Shown here piece by piece: positions 25,924-38,501 of a DNA stretch of 64,000 bases. Position numbers and translations under genes: made by a program. Under the pieces are notes generated by a model. The model saw nothing but the letters and a program-made list of their open reading frames with translations. It did no database searches and had not been told where the DNA came from. The stretch is taken from the NCBI RefSeq assembly GCF_963921235.1, contig NC_086097.1:1302001-1366000 (forward strand), given 5' to 3'. Source of the DNA: Mobula hypostoma. Lineage: Eukaryota. Numbering within the stretch: the first letter of the stretch is position 1; each line of letters starts with the position of its first letter.

Positions 25924-26027
25924 CCAACAGAGTCCTGACGAAGGGTCTCGGCCTGAAACGTCGACTGTACCTCTTCCTAGAGATGCTGCCTGGCCTGCTG
26001 CGTTCACCAGCAACTTTGATGTGTGTT
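25924..26027 (+). mobile_element. ~104-bp PLE-derived hammerhead insertion with 14-bp TSD
   Basis: GCATTCCAACTATT at 25910-25923 and 26028-26041. Confidence 0.85.
25931..25966 (+). ncRNA. Minimal type I hammerhead ribozyme, intact core
   Basis: AGTC-CTGACGA-AGGGTCTCGGCCT-GAAAC-GTC-GACT. Stem I is AGTC/GACT, stem III is the palindromic ACGT, and predicted cleavage follows GUC at 25962. Confidence 0.8.
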
Positions 26028-26194
26028 GCATTCCAACTATTGTTTGTATTTTTCTACTGCACAGACAACCAAAATGTTTGGTTTCCATTGTTGCTGGCTT
26101 TTTATCATTTAAGTAACTCTCTGATCAATCCAAATCACCATCTAACAGCCTCACTGCAATGTTTTACCTTGCCTATACTGCTTGTTTCTAACTA

Positions 26195-26502
26195 ACCTTC
26201 CCAGGGCTGAAATAGCTATCACGAGAGGGCACAGTGTTAAGATGCTTGGAAGTAGGTACAGAGGAGCTGTCAGGGGTAAGTTTTTTTTACGCAGAGAGTT
26301 GTGAGTGTGTGGAATGGGCTGCCGGCGACAGTGGTGGAGGCGGATACAATAGGGTCTTTTAAGAGACTCCTGGACAGCTACATGGAACTTAGAAAAATAG
26401 AGGGCAATGGGTAACCCTAGTAATTTCTAAAATAGGGACATGTTCAGCACAGCATTGTGGGCCAAAGGGCCTGTATTGTGCTGTAGGTTTTCTATGTTTC
26501 TA
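26195..26502 (+). mobile_element. CR1 3' fragment
   Basis: Homologous to 19856-20160. Confidence 0.85.
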
Positions 26503-26939
26503 ATGAGGAAAAGCCAACCATAAGGCATATGAACAGAATTACGCCATTCAGCCCATCTAGTAATGACAAGTGAACCTGAGTTTCATTCTACATGAAACCG
26601 CTGGATATATTTAGTAAAGTTAGCATGCATAAATTGTGCAAGTATTTTGGTAACACATATCTAATGATTAATACTGGTCCAGAACACAAGACATCAGTGT
26701 GCTATGTTGTGGAACGTTATCTGAAACCTGATCGTCACCAGCTCCTTGTACAGATACTCTGGTGTAGAATGTGCTCACGCATGGACAGTGACGGTTAGCA
26801 GTGACATCAACGGAAGTGCAATGCACAGACAACTTCACCTGCAGAATATTCTAGCACAAACAAGTAAATTGTGGCTCACATCTCAAAACCAGCAACAAGC
26901 ATCTACCAGAGGGAGGGGGCCAACGAAAACACAACTTAA

Positions 26940-28650
26940 CTTGTAACTTGGTAAATGGGGTTATTATTGTCACACACATATGAAAAGATTGTCTTGCATA
27001 CTGTCCATACAGACAGTGATTTGAGGTAGTACATTAACAGGATACAGAATAAAATGTGAGAGGTACAGAGAGCCTGTAGTGCAGGTAGATGGTAAGGTGC
27101 CAGGTTTCAACAAGAGGCCATGATATTATACTAGGGAATTATTTAGTAGTCTTCTGACAGTGGGGTAGAAGCTATCCTTAATCCTGGTGGTAGGGGCTTT
27201 CAGGCTTTTGTATCTGTTGCCTGATGGGAAGGGGGAGAAGAGAGAATATCTGGGGTGGGTGTGGTTTATGGTTAAATTGGCTGCGTGATCAAAGTAGTGA
27301 GAAGTACAGGTACAGTCCATGGGGGGGGGGGGGGAGAGGAGTCTGGTTTCCATGATGTCACTAGGTTTTCCCTGCACTCCAACATATCATTATTTCAGAT
27401 ATGGCCCACTGCACTGGTATCATCTGCAAACTTGTAGACACAGTAGAACAGAATCTGGCCATTAAGTCATGAATGTACAGGGAGTAGAGTAGGGGACTGA
27501 ATATACAGCCCTGTGGGGTGCTAGTGTTGAGAATAATCATGACAAAGATGTTGCTCTTATTGATTGCAGTCTGTTTGTCAGAAAGCTAAGCATCTAGATG
27601 TAAAGGGAAGTGTTGAGTCTCATGATTATATATTTGGGAATAAGCTTAGTTGGAATTATAGCACTGAAAGCAGAGTTGATGTTAATAAAAAACAGTCTGA
27701 CCTAGGTCTCTTTACTGTCCAAGTGCTCCAGAGATGTGTGCAAAGTTAGAGAGATGGCATCCACTGGAGACCTTAATATCAGTGGAAGGCAAATTGCAAT
27801 GGGTCGAGGTTGTCTGGAAAACTGCAACTGATGCGTGCCACGACAAGCCTCTCGAAGAACTTCATGATGGTGGATGCTGGAGCCACTGGGTGGTAGACAT
27901 TAAGATATGTTACCTTGTTTTTCTTAGCTACTGGGATGATAGCGGTCTTCTTAAAGCAAGTGGAAGCTAAAGCAGGGTGAAGTTAAAAATGTCTAAGTAG
28001 CTCAGCCAACTGACCTGCACGGAATCTAAAGCCAGGCCAGAGACACACTCCGAACCAGATGCTTTCCACGGGTTCAGTCTCCAGAAGGCTGATCTTATGT
28101 CCACATTGGTGAGTGTGGGTTCAGGCACATTGGAGACTTCCAGGGTGCATGGTGAGATTCCAACCCCCTCTGCTCAAACCATGAATAGAATGCGTTAAGC
28201 TCATTGGGAAAGGACTTGCCGTTGTCAGCAACGCTTCCTGACTTGGTTTTGTATCCTGCTATGGTATCTAAGTCCTGCCACTATGGACAGCTGATCAGGA
28301 ACTACATTTCAGACTGATGTTGTCTCTTAACATCTCTGATGCCTTTACAGAAGTCATATCTGGATTTCTTGCAAAGATGAGTGCTGTGTTTAGGAAGTCA
28401 AAGTCTTAAACTGCAGAAGGGAATGGATCTCCTTGTTCCCGCAGAGATTTTGGTTTGGGAATATCCACACCTCTCTGATCAAAGTTCCCCGGGTCACTGA
28501 CCTCTCAGAAAACTGCTGGGAGCTAAGTAATAATTGCTGGCTTGTATGATGAACCCTCAAGCACGCAATGCTCCACTGACTGAGAGAGATGATCAGGAAT
28601 CAACCTTGGACCATCCAATGCCTTCAGTGCTCTTTCCATGCTGAGATTGT
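26940..28650 (-). mobile_element. Degraded Rex1/Babar-like LINE
   Basis: HPRYSLFSPFPSGNRYKSLKAPTTRIKDSFYP; RT remnants upstream on the minus strand. Confidence 0.7.
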
Positions 28651-28764
28651 AGAACAAATATCCGCTTCTCTCTCAGCTCAGTACTATTGTACACTTTGTG
28701 TAACAATTATGCATACAAGACTTGGAGCTCACAATCTCATAGAACGTAGTTGCTAATGTACATC

Positions 28765-30460
28765 ACAAGATATAGGAGAAGTATTAGGTCACTCTGACCA
28801 TCGAGTCCGTTCCACCATTCCATCACGGTTGGTTTATTATCTCTCGTCTGCCTTCTCCCCCTAACCTTTGATGCCCTGACTAATCAAGAACTTATCAACC
28901 TCCACTTGAAATGTATCGAATGACTTGGTTTCTACAGCCACCTGTGGCACTGAATTCCACAGATTCACCACCATTTGGCTAAAGAATTTCCTCATCTCTG
29001 TTCTAAATGGACATCCTTCCATTCTGAGGCTGTGCCCTCTGGTCCTAGACTCCCCCACACATCCTCTCCTCAGTCACTGTCAAGGCTTTTCAATATTCAA
29101 TAGGTTTTGATGAGATCCATCCTCATTCTTCTAAACTCTGGTAAGTACAGGCACAGAGTCATCAAATGCTCATCATACATTAACGCTTTCGTTCTCAGAA
29201 TAATTCTTGTGAACCACCACTGGATTCTCTCTAATGCCAACATGTCCTTTCTTAGATAAGGGCCCAAAACTGCTCAAAATACTTTGTGAAGCCTCACCAA
29301 TGTCTTAAAAAGTTCAGCATTACATCCTTGCTTTTAAATTCTAGTCTTCTTGAAAAGAGTGCTAACTTTGCATTTGCCTTCATTACCACCAACGTAACCC
29401 TGAAAGTTAATCTTTAGGGAATCCTGCACAAGGACTCCCACGTCCCTTAGCACCTCAGACTTTTGAATTTTCTCCCCGTTTAGAAAATAGTCTACACTTT
29501 TATTCCTTCAACCAAAGTGCATGATCACACACTTCCATATACTATGTTCCATAGGCCACTCTTTTGCCCATTCTCCCAACATCCAAAGTCCTTTTGCAGG
29601 CTCTCTGTTTCCTCAATACTACCTGTTCCCCCACCAATCTTCGCATCGTCCACAAACTTAGCCACAAAGCCATCAATTCCATAATCTAAATCATTGACAA
29701 ACAACATGAAAAGCAGCCCCAACAGTGACACCTGCAGAACACCACTAGTAGCAGCAGCCAAACAGAAAAGGCCCCCTTTATTCTCAATCTTTGCCCCTGC
29801 CTGGCAGTCAATCTAACATCCATGCAATTATCTTTCCTGTAATACCATGGGTTCTTAACCGGTTCAGCAGCCTCATGTGCAGCACCTTGTCAAAGTCCTT
29901 CTAAAAAATCCTAAGTAAACAACATCGACTGATTTCCTTTGTCTAACCTGTCTGTTATTTCCTCAAAGAATTTCAACAGATTTGACAGGCAAGATTTTCC
30001 CTTAAGGCAGGGGTTCTCAACTTTTGTTATGCCATGGATCAATACCATTAAGCGAAGGGTCCCTGTTCCCCAGGCTGACTTAGGCCTACCTTATCATGTG
30101 TCTTCAAGTACTCCGAAATCTCATCCTTAATAATGGACTCCAAAATCCTTCCCAACCACTCAAGTAAAGCTAACCGATCTGTAATTTCCTTTCTTCTGCC
30201 TCCCACATTTCTTAAAAAATGGTGTGACTTTGCAAATTTCCAGTCCTCCAGAACCAGTCCAGAATCTAGTGACTTTTCAAAGATCATTACTAATGCCTCC
30301 AGAATCTCTTTGGTTACCTCTTTCAGAACCCTGGGGTGTAATCCATCTGGTCCAGGTGACTTACCTACCTTCAGACCATTAAGTTTCCCGAGCATCTTCA
30401 CCTTAGCAACAGCAACTGTCTACCCCCTGACACTCTGGAGTTTTTGGTATACTGTTAAGT
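28765..30460 (-). mobile_element. CR1 ~1.7 kb
   Basis: KSPGPDGLHPRVLKE, KFVDD, C-terminus. Confidence 0.85.
30008..30075 (+). mobile_element. Tiny hAT/Charlie-type MITE fragment inside CR1
   Basis: Begins caggggttctcaac (hAT TIR-like) and interrupts CR1 colinearity. Confidence 0.45.
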
Positions 30461-30464
30461 GTGA

Positions 30465-31170
30465 ATCTAGAGAAGAACAGCACAGCACAGGACAGACCCT
30501 TTGGACCACAATGTTGCGCCAAATTAAATCAATGGCCAAATGAAGTACACTGTTCTCCCTGGACAATTTCCGTATTGTTCCATTTCCAGTACATTCATGG
30601 ACCTATCTAAGAGCTTCTTGAACGTCTCTATTGTACTCGTGCCCACCACCACCTCAGGCAGCACATTCCAGGTACCCACTACACTATGGGAAAAAATTTG
30701 CCCCACACATCACTTTTCAACTTACTGCTTCTTATCATAAGCACATGCCCTCTGGTATAATAGACATCTCAACCCAAGGAAAAAGATACTGGCTGACTAT
30801 TCTATCTGAGCTTTGCATGATCTTATAAATCGCTATTAGGTCTCCCCTCAGTCTCCAACGCTCTAGGGAGAACGACCCAAGTCCATTCAAACTCTTGTTT
30901 TAGCACATGGCCTCTAACCCAAGCATTATCCTGGTAAACCTCTTCTGCACCCTCTCCAAAGCCCTTGCATCCTTCCTGTAATGAGGTGACCAGAACTGCA
31001 ATACTCCAGATGTGGCATTACTATAGTTCTATAAACCTGCAACATACCTTCCCAACTCAGCTCCTCAACTAATAAAGACTACCTTCTCTACCACTTTTTC
31101 AACCTGTGCAAGAAACTTTGAACTTGACCTATAGAATCTCACTGCATGTCAACACTATTAAGGGTCTTGC
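30465..31170 (-). mobile_element. Old CR1 3' fragment
   Basis: FSHSVVGTWNVLPEVVV; 3'UTR similarity. Confidence 0.7.
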
Positions 31171-31179
31171 CAATAATAG

Positions 31180-31382
31180 CACTGCTCCCTCTGAGCTGCA
31201 TGGGTGTGCATCAGCGCAGTAACTGAAACGCTTCCGTGCACATAGCCTTTGTTGCCACACAGCTGGAATCTTCTTTTATACAATGCTTTGTTATAGTGCC
31301 ACACAATTTTTAGGGCGTGTGAAGTTTTCCTGCTCAGAGCAATGGTTGGTCTGCGCAGCCTTAAAAAATAATTAGAAGGAAC
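31180..31382. mobile_element. Putative hAT-type MITE
   Basis: Imperfect termini cactgctccctct ... tagaaggaac. Confidence 0.35.
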
Positions 31383-31667
31383 TGTTATATTTTGTAACTC
31401 CCCAAAACATAAAAACTAATTTGAAGGAAAAGATGGAGAGTCTAACTTTATTTTTTTTACTTTAAATGACGTGAGTACCTATCACGTGGTAGTGTCATGA
31501 CGTATGCAATTCACTTATTTTTACCTATCACCTGTAATGAATCATTTAAACAAACAAGAATGCTTAATCAAACAATGTATTTATAGTATTACTCAAATAC
31601 TGAATATTAAATACACTCCTCCCTGTGTAACTAAACTCCAACTCAATATAGAATGCATCTCAACTTA

Positions 31668-31730
31668 TGTACATGCACACACACACACACACACACGTAC
31701 ATATACATATATACTGTACATACATGCACA
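31668..31730 (+). repeat. (CA)n/(TA)n microsatellite
   Basis: gcacacacacacacacacacacgtacatatacatatat. Confidence 0.85.
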
Positions 31731-32934
31731 TTCACATTATGTACAGTACACAATACACAATACAGTAATACAACTACTATATGGACATCCATTACATAAT
31801 AAATTTTAAGTTATCCCTTTTGGGCCCAAAGATCTAATCTTTAGTAAGACTAAGAGGATATCTTACTCTTGTGGGAAAACATTATTCTTGACAAGGGGAA
31901 TCCCTTTGCTTGGCAGGTGCCACTTGAGGCTATGAACCAATCTCGGGCTCTGCGACCGTCACTGTGGTGGTTGCACTGTAGGAGTTGACCGTGACACTGT
32001 AGGAAGTGGCCCCAGAAGCTCTGGACACCTTTCTCCTTCTAGTTTGTTCATTTTGATCTCAGAAAAGTGTACTCAGTTCCCCGGAGTATTCTCTTATTAA
32101 TCTTTCGATTGCACCCTTTATCATCTGATCTCTCTCTTCAGGTTTCCTCATCCACAACATCTGACGAATCCTATTTTCATATCTCCATGGTCTCCTTTCT
32201 GCTTGGCCTTCCATTTATCCCGCTGGGCTTTGGCCTTTGTATCTACTTTTACAAGCAGCTTTTTGTGATAATCCTATAACCATTATGCACGCAGAATAGA
32301 TTCTGGTTCTTTACACTCATAAAAGCCAAATGCTTGCAACTTTTCTGAAGCTTTTTGAATTCTCTTCCAACTTGATCCCCAATCAGGTTGTAGTTGTCTC
32401 AGCCAATCATAACCTCACAATGCCTGCTCTCCTGTTTTTACCACATATCTTATTGTAGTCCAATGTAGCTTATTGGTTGTTGTATCTGACTGTTAGGAAT
32501 GTCATTGCCACAGGAATTTTGTCCAGTACAAGTTCTTAGTTGGATATCTGCAGGCTTCAGTTTAGTACCTTTGAAATGCCATTCAAACTCAATTTGTGGA
32601 GTGACTGAAACAGCTGAGGCAGTGTCCAATTGCATTTGAATTAAATTGCTGCTCACTTCCAGTGCAAGCCATATGACTTGTCCATTGTTAGCTTTCACAT
32701 TGTAAATCTCAAGGCTACCCATCATTAGCAGATTTTTCATCAACAGTATGCAGTTTAGTGCTTTTTTTGAAACTACAACTTGATTTCTTAGCCTTTTTTC
32801 TTCCCTGCATAGCTCATTTATTTTTGTCTGATGACATGCTCTTTGTATGGGTCCTACTTTGTTGCATTCTCTGCAAGTTTCAGCTTTAAACCTGCATTGG
32901 TCTGGTATATGTGAGCCCCTGCACAATGGTAACA

Positions 32935-33268
32935 GGAAGATTGTTCCCGATGTTGGGGAAGTCCAGAACGAGGGGCCACAGTTTGAGGATAGAGGGGAAG
33001 CCTTTTAGGACCGAGATGAGGAAAAACTTCTTCACACAGAGAGTGGTGAATCTGTGGAATTCTCTGCCACAGGAAACAGTTGAGGCCAGTTCATTGGCTA
33101 TATTTAAGAGGGAGTTAGATATGGCCCTTGTGGCTAAAGGGATCGGGGGTATGGAGAGAAGGCAGGTACAGGGTTCTGAGTTGGATGATCAGCCATGATC
33201 ATACTGAATGGCGGTGCAGGCTCGAAGGGCCAAATGGCCTACTCCTGCACCTATTTTCTATGTTTCTA
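32935..33268 (+). mobile_element. Young CR1 3' fragment inserted into Gypsy gag
   Basis: Highly similar to the reverse complement of 4435-4765; TAACA duplicated at 32930 and 33271. Confidence 0.88.
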
Positions 33269-33422
33269 CATAACACAATTTGTTCTGCCAGACCGGTTTC
33301 TGTTTAGACATTGCAACTTTGTTCACACTCACTTTCATTCTTGACTGCAACTCAATTACGACTCTGTCTATTGTTTCCATTGATACAATTATTTCAACTG
33401 CTCCTTCAAATGTAAATTACAC

Positions 33423-33668
33423 CAGTGGTCCCCAACCACCGGGCCGCAAAGCATGTGCTACCGGGCCTTGAGGAAATGATACTATTTGGCGATATGAAAT
33501 AATACGAGTCAGCTGCACCTTTCCTCATTCTCTGTCATGCACTGTTGAAATTGAAATAACCTACCAAATCATACCAAATAACAAATAAAACCTAAAATAA
33601 CACTAACATATAGTAAAAGCAGGAATGATATGATAAATACACAGCCTATATAAAGTAGAAATAATGTA
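33423..33668 (+). mobile_element. hAT/Charlie-type non-autonomous DNA transposon, left part
   Basis: Begins CAGTGGTCCCCAACC; no right TIR seen. Confidence 0.55.
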
Positions 33669-33669
33669 A

Positions 33670-34490
33670 CAGAGAAGATGGGGTTGGGGGCATACCGTAA
33701 GTTCAAGAAATCGATGTTCATGCCATCATGTTAGAGGCTACCCAGACGGAATATAAAGTGTTGTTCTTCCAATGTAAGTGTGGCCTCATCACGACATTGG
33801 AGGACATGGATAGACATATTAGAATGGGAAAGGGAAGTAGAACTAAAATGGGTGGCTACTGTGAGATCCTGCTTTTCCTGGCAGATGAAGCATAGGTGCT
33901 TGGCGAAGCAGTCTCCCAATCTACGCTGGGTCTCATCGATATACAGGAGGCCAAACCAGGAGCACCGGACACAGTATGTGACCCCAACAGATTCACGAGT
34001 GAAGTGTCGCCTCACCTGGAAGGACTGTTTAGGGCCCTGAGTGCTAGTGAGGGAGGAGGTGTAGAGGCAGGTGTAGCCCTTGATCCACTTGCAAGGATAA
34101 GTGCCAGGAGGGCGATTAGTGGGGAGGGATGAATGGCCAAGGGAGTCACGTAGGGAGTGGTCCCTGTGGAAGGCAGAAAGTGGGGGAGGGGAAGGAAAGA
34201 TGTGCTTGCTGGTGGGATCCTGTTGGCGATGGTGGAAGTTTTGGAGAATTATGCATTGGATGCAGAAGATGGTGGTGTAGTACTTCATCTCTCCCCCTTC
34301 AGATTTCACCGATTACCTTGTGTTTTTCTCTCCACTCCCCCCGCCATCAGCTTTTTTTCTCCACTCCTGCCGAAGGACCTCGGCCCGAAATGTTGACGGT
34401 TTTTTTCCCATAGATGCCGCCTGGCCTCTTAGTACATCCAGCATATTGAGTGTGTTGCTTGGATTTCCAGCACCTGCAGAGTTTCTCTTG
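33670..34490 (-). mobile_element. Penelope-like element remnant: GIY-YIG endonuclease plus inverted pLTR (34283-34490, plus strand)
   Basis: ORF 33731-34309 contains TYPC..CLY...VTYCVRCSWFGLLYIDETQRRLGDCFAKH. The inverted repeat carries a degenerate hammerhead at ~34363-34398. Confidence 0.82.
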
Positions 34491-35004
34491 TTATCCAACT
34501 TCCCATGCACATTGATATCTTACGTGCCCTTTCCTTGGCTTTTATGCAGTCCTGAGCTCACCTTGCCTAGCCCTGCGATTTGAGAACTATTGCTTCTGTG
34601 GGGAATATCTATCCTGTGCCTTGTCAACTATTCCCAGAAATTTCAGAAACCTCTGCTCTGCCGTCATCTGTGCGAGTAACCATCTCCGATCCACTTGGGC
34701 AAGCTCCTCTTTCATTGTCTGTTATTCCCATTATTCCATTGTGATACTGATACGTATGACTTACGCTTCTCTCTCTCAGATTGTAGTAAGAATTCAATCA
34801 TATTATGCTCACTGTCTCCTAAGGGTTCCTTTACATTAAGCTCCCTAATAAGACCATAAGCAGAGTTGGGCCATTGGTCCCTTTGAGTCTGCTCTCACAT
34901 TCATTCGGGGCTGATCCTTTGCCCCCTCGTCAACCCCATAGCCCGCACGTCTCCTCTCAACTTTTGATTCCACGTCCAATCAAGAACCTATCAATCTCTG
35001 CCTC

Positions 35005-35929
35005 TGCATTTGATAAGGTACCCTATGCACGGCTTATTGAGAAAGTAAGGAGGCATGCGATCCAAGGGGAAATTGCTTTGTGGATCCAGAAATGGCTAGC
35101 CCACAGAAGGGTCATATTCTGCATGGAGGTCGGTGACCAGTGGTGTGCCTCACAGATCTGTTCTGGGACCCCTACTCTTCGTGATTTTTATAAGTGATCT
35201 GGATGATGAAGTGCAGGGACGTTGTGGATAGTGTGGAGGGCTGTCAGAGGTTACAGCAGGACATTGATAGGATGCAAAACTGGGCTGAGAAGTGGCAGAT
35301 GGAGTTCAACCCAGATAAGTGTGAGGTGGTTCATTTTGGTAGGTCAAGTATGATGACAGAATATAGCATTAATGGTAAGACTCTTGGCAGTGTGGAGGAT
35401 CAGAGGGATCTTGGGGTCTGAGTCCATAGGACACTCAAAGCAGCTGCGCAGGTTGACTCTATAGTTAAGAAAGCATACGGTGTAATGACCTTCATCAACT
35501 GTGGGATTGAGTTTAGGAATCGAGAGGTAATGTTGCAGCTATATAGGACCCTGGTCAGACCCCACTTGGAGTACTGTGCTCAGTTCTGGTCACCTCACTA
35601 GAAGAAGGGTGTGGAAACTATAGAAAGGGTGCAGAGAAGATTTACAAGGATGTTGCCTGGACAGGGGAGCATGCCTTATGAGAATAGGTTGAGTGAACTT
35701 GGACTTTTTCCTTGGAGTGACGGAGGATGAGAGGTGACCTGATAGAGGTGTATAAGATGATGAGAGGCATCGATTGTGTGAATAGTCAAGAGGCTTTCTC
35801 CCAGGGCTGAAATGGCTAATACGACAGGGCTATGGGTAACTCGAGGTAATTTCTAAAGTAAGTACATGTTTGGCATAGCGTTGCGGACTGAAGGGCCTGT
35901 ATTGTGCAGCAGGTTTTCTATGTTTCTAT
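35005..35929 (+). mobile_element. CR1 3' fragment with deletions
   Basis: AFDKVPYARL, WQMEFNPDKC, tail. Confidence 0.85.
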
Positions 35930-36321
35930 GGTAGAGGGATAAGTAGTGTTGAGGAAATAGGTAGGCTGCAGAGGGGCTTGGACAGATTAGGGGAATGGGC
36001 AAGAAAATGGCAAAATACAATGTTGGAAATTGCCTGGTCATGTACTTTAGTAGTAGAAATAAATGTGCAGACTATCTTCTAAATGGGTAGGAAACCCAAA
36101 AATCTGAGATGCAAAGGGACTTGGGAGTTCTTGTGCAGAACACCCTAAAGGTTAACTTGCAGGTCGAGCCGGTGGTGAGAAAGGCAAATACAATGTTATA
36201 TTCATTTCAAGAGGTGTAGAAAAAAGAGCAGGGATGTGATGCTGAGGCTTTATAAGTCACTGGTGAGGCCTCACCTTGAGTATTGTGAATAGTTTTAGGC
36301 TCCTTATCCAAGAAAAGATGT

Positions 36322-36491
36322 AAACAACAGGAATTCTGCAGATGCTGGAAATTCAAGCAACATACATCAAAGTTGCTGGTGAACGCAGCAGGCCAAGTCC
36401 TGACGAAGGGTCTCGGCCTGAAACGTCGACTGCGCCTCTTCCTATAGATGCTGCTTGGCCTGCTGCGTTCACCAGCAACTTTGATGTATGT
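36322..36491. mobile_element. 170-bp fold-back PLE-derived hammerhead insertion with 15-bp TSD
   Basis: TCCAAGAAAAGATGT at 36307-36321 and 36492-36506; perfect 39-bp inverted repeat at 36359-36397 / 36454-36492. Confidence 0.88.
36396..36431 (+). ncRNA. Minimal type I hammerhead ribozyme, intact core
   Basis: Same 36-nt sequence as 25931-25966; predicted cleavage after 36427. Confidence 0.8.
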
Positions 36492-36972
36492 TCCAAGAAA
36501 AGATGTGCTGGCATTGGAGAGGGTTCAGAGGAGGTTCACAAGGATTATTCTAGGAATGAAAGGGTGACGATATGAGGAATGTTTGATAGCTCTTGGTCTG
36601 AATTGGCTAGAATTTAGAAGGGGGGGGGATCTCATTGAAACCTTTCGAATGTTGAAAGACCTCGACAGAGTAGATGTGGAAAGGATGTTTCCCATGGTGG
36701 GGGAGTACTAGGACAAGAGGGCACAGCCTCAGGATAGAGGGGAGTCCATTCAAAACAGGGATATGGAGAAATTTCTTTATCCAGAGGGTGGAAAATGTTT
36801 GGAATCTGTTACCATAGGCAAGTGTGGAGGCCAGGTCATTGGGTGTATTTAGAAACAGAGAAAACCTGCAGAACAATACAGGCCCTTTGGCCTACAAAGC
36901 TGTGCCGAACATGTCCTTACCTGAGAAATTACCTAGAGTTAAACATATCCCTCTATTTTTCTGAGCTCCATA

Positions 36973-38500
36973 TAGAGGTCTGTGAGTGTCAGGGGGGCAG
37001 GAGTAAGTGTCATTGCTATTACAAACAATTAAGTGCTAGGCAAACTCAAAGGTATGAAGATGGATAAGTCACCCGGACAGATGGACTACATCCCAGAGTC
37101 CTGAGAGAGGTTGATGAAGAGATAACGAAAGTGTTGGTCATGATTCTGGCATGGTTCCGGAGGACTGGAAGATTGCAAATGTCACTCCACTCTTTGAGAA
37201 GGGAAGAATGCAAAAGAAAGGAAATTATAGGCTGGTTAGCCTAACCTCAGTGGTTGGGAAAGTGTTCAATTCTATTATTAAGTGTGAGGTTTTGGGGTAC
37301 TTGAAGGCTAACGATAAAGTAGTCAAAGTCAGCAAGGTTCCTGCAAAGGGAAATCTTGCCTGTTAAATCTGTTAAGAGTTCTTTGAGAAAGTAACAAGCT
37401 GGGTGGACAAACGAGAGTCAGTGGATGTCATTTACTTGGATTTTCTGAAGGCGTTTGATAAGATGCCACATGGTGAGGCTGCTTAACAAGATTAAATCCT
37501 GTGATGTTACTGGGAAGTTTCTGGCGTGGATAGTGGAATGGCTGATAGGCAGGAGACAATGAGTTGGAATAAAAGGGGCCTTTTCTAGTTGGCTGCCAAT
37601 GACTAGTGGTGTTCCTAGGGGTCAGTATTGGGATCACTGTTTTTCACATTGTTTGTCACTGATTTAGATAATGGAATTGATGACTTTGTGGCAAAGTTTG
37701 TAGAAGATACCAGGACAGGTGGAGGGGTAGGTAGTGCTGAGGAAGCAATGTGATTGCAGAAGGACTTATACAAATTGGAAGAATGGGTAAAAAAAAGTGA
37801 CAGATGGAATAGAGTGTTGGGAAATGTATGATAATGTATTTTAGTAAAAGGAACAATTGTGCTGAATTCAAACATCAGGAGGTGCAGAGGGACTGCAGAT
37901 TCCTTGTGCAAGACTCTCAGAAGGTTAATTTACAGGTTGACTCTTTGGTAAAAAAGGCAAATGCAATGCTGGCATTTATTACAAGGAAGAATAGAATGCA
38001 AGTCGGTAATGCTGAGGCTTTATAAGACAGTAGTCAGGCCGCACTTGCAGTATTGTCAACAGTTTTGGGCTAGATATCTCACAAAGGATATGTTGTCATT
38101 GGAGAGAGTCTGGAGGAGATTCTCGAGGATGATTCATGGAGTGAAGGGGGTTGACATATGAGCAGCGTTTTGCAGCTTCGGGCCTGTACTCACTGGAATT
38201 TAGAAGAATGCATGGGGATTTTATTGAAACTTACACATGTTCAAAGGACTTGATAAGTCAGATGTGGAGATGATGTTTCCTTTGGTGGGGGTATCCAGAA
38301 CTAGAGGGTACAGCCTCAGAACTGAGGGGTGATCTTTTAGAACAGAGGTAAAGAGGAATTTTTTTAGCCAGAGAGTAGTGAATCTGTGAAATGCTCTGCC
38401 ACGGACTGCAGTGGAGGCCAAGTTGATGGGTATGTTTAAAGCGGAAGTTGATAGTTTTTGATAGGTCAGGGCATCAAAGGATATGGTGAGAAGGCAGGTA
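36973..38500 (+). mobile_element. CR1 ~1.5 kb; its 3'UTR resumes at ~40651-40752 after the Rex1 insertion
   Basis: VPEDWKIANVTPLF..NYRLVSLTSVVGK through the C-terminus. Confidence 0.85.
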
Positions 38501-38501
38501 C

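Larger units (their letters stand above)
31383..33420 (-). mobile_element. Gypsy/Ty3 LTR retrotransposon remnant: 3' LTR 31383-31615, PPT, deleted pol, gag knuckles and protease
   Basis: TG...CA 233-bp LTR flanked by a minus-strand PPT AGGGAGGAG (31616-31624). ORF 32450-32926 has C..C...H...C knuckles and the LDTAS protease motif; gag continues at 33268-33420. Confidence 0.78.
35930..36850 (+). mobile_element. CR1 fragment hosting the PLE insertion at 36322-36491
   Basis: CR1 colinearity resumes after the TSD. Confidence 0.8.
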
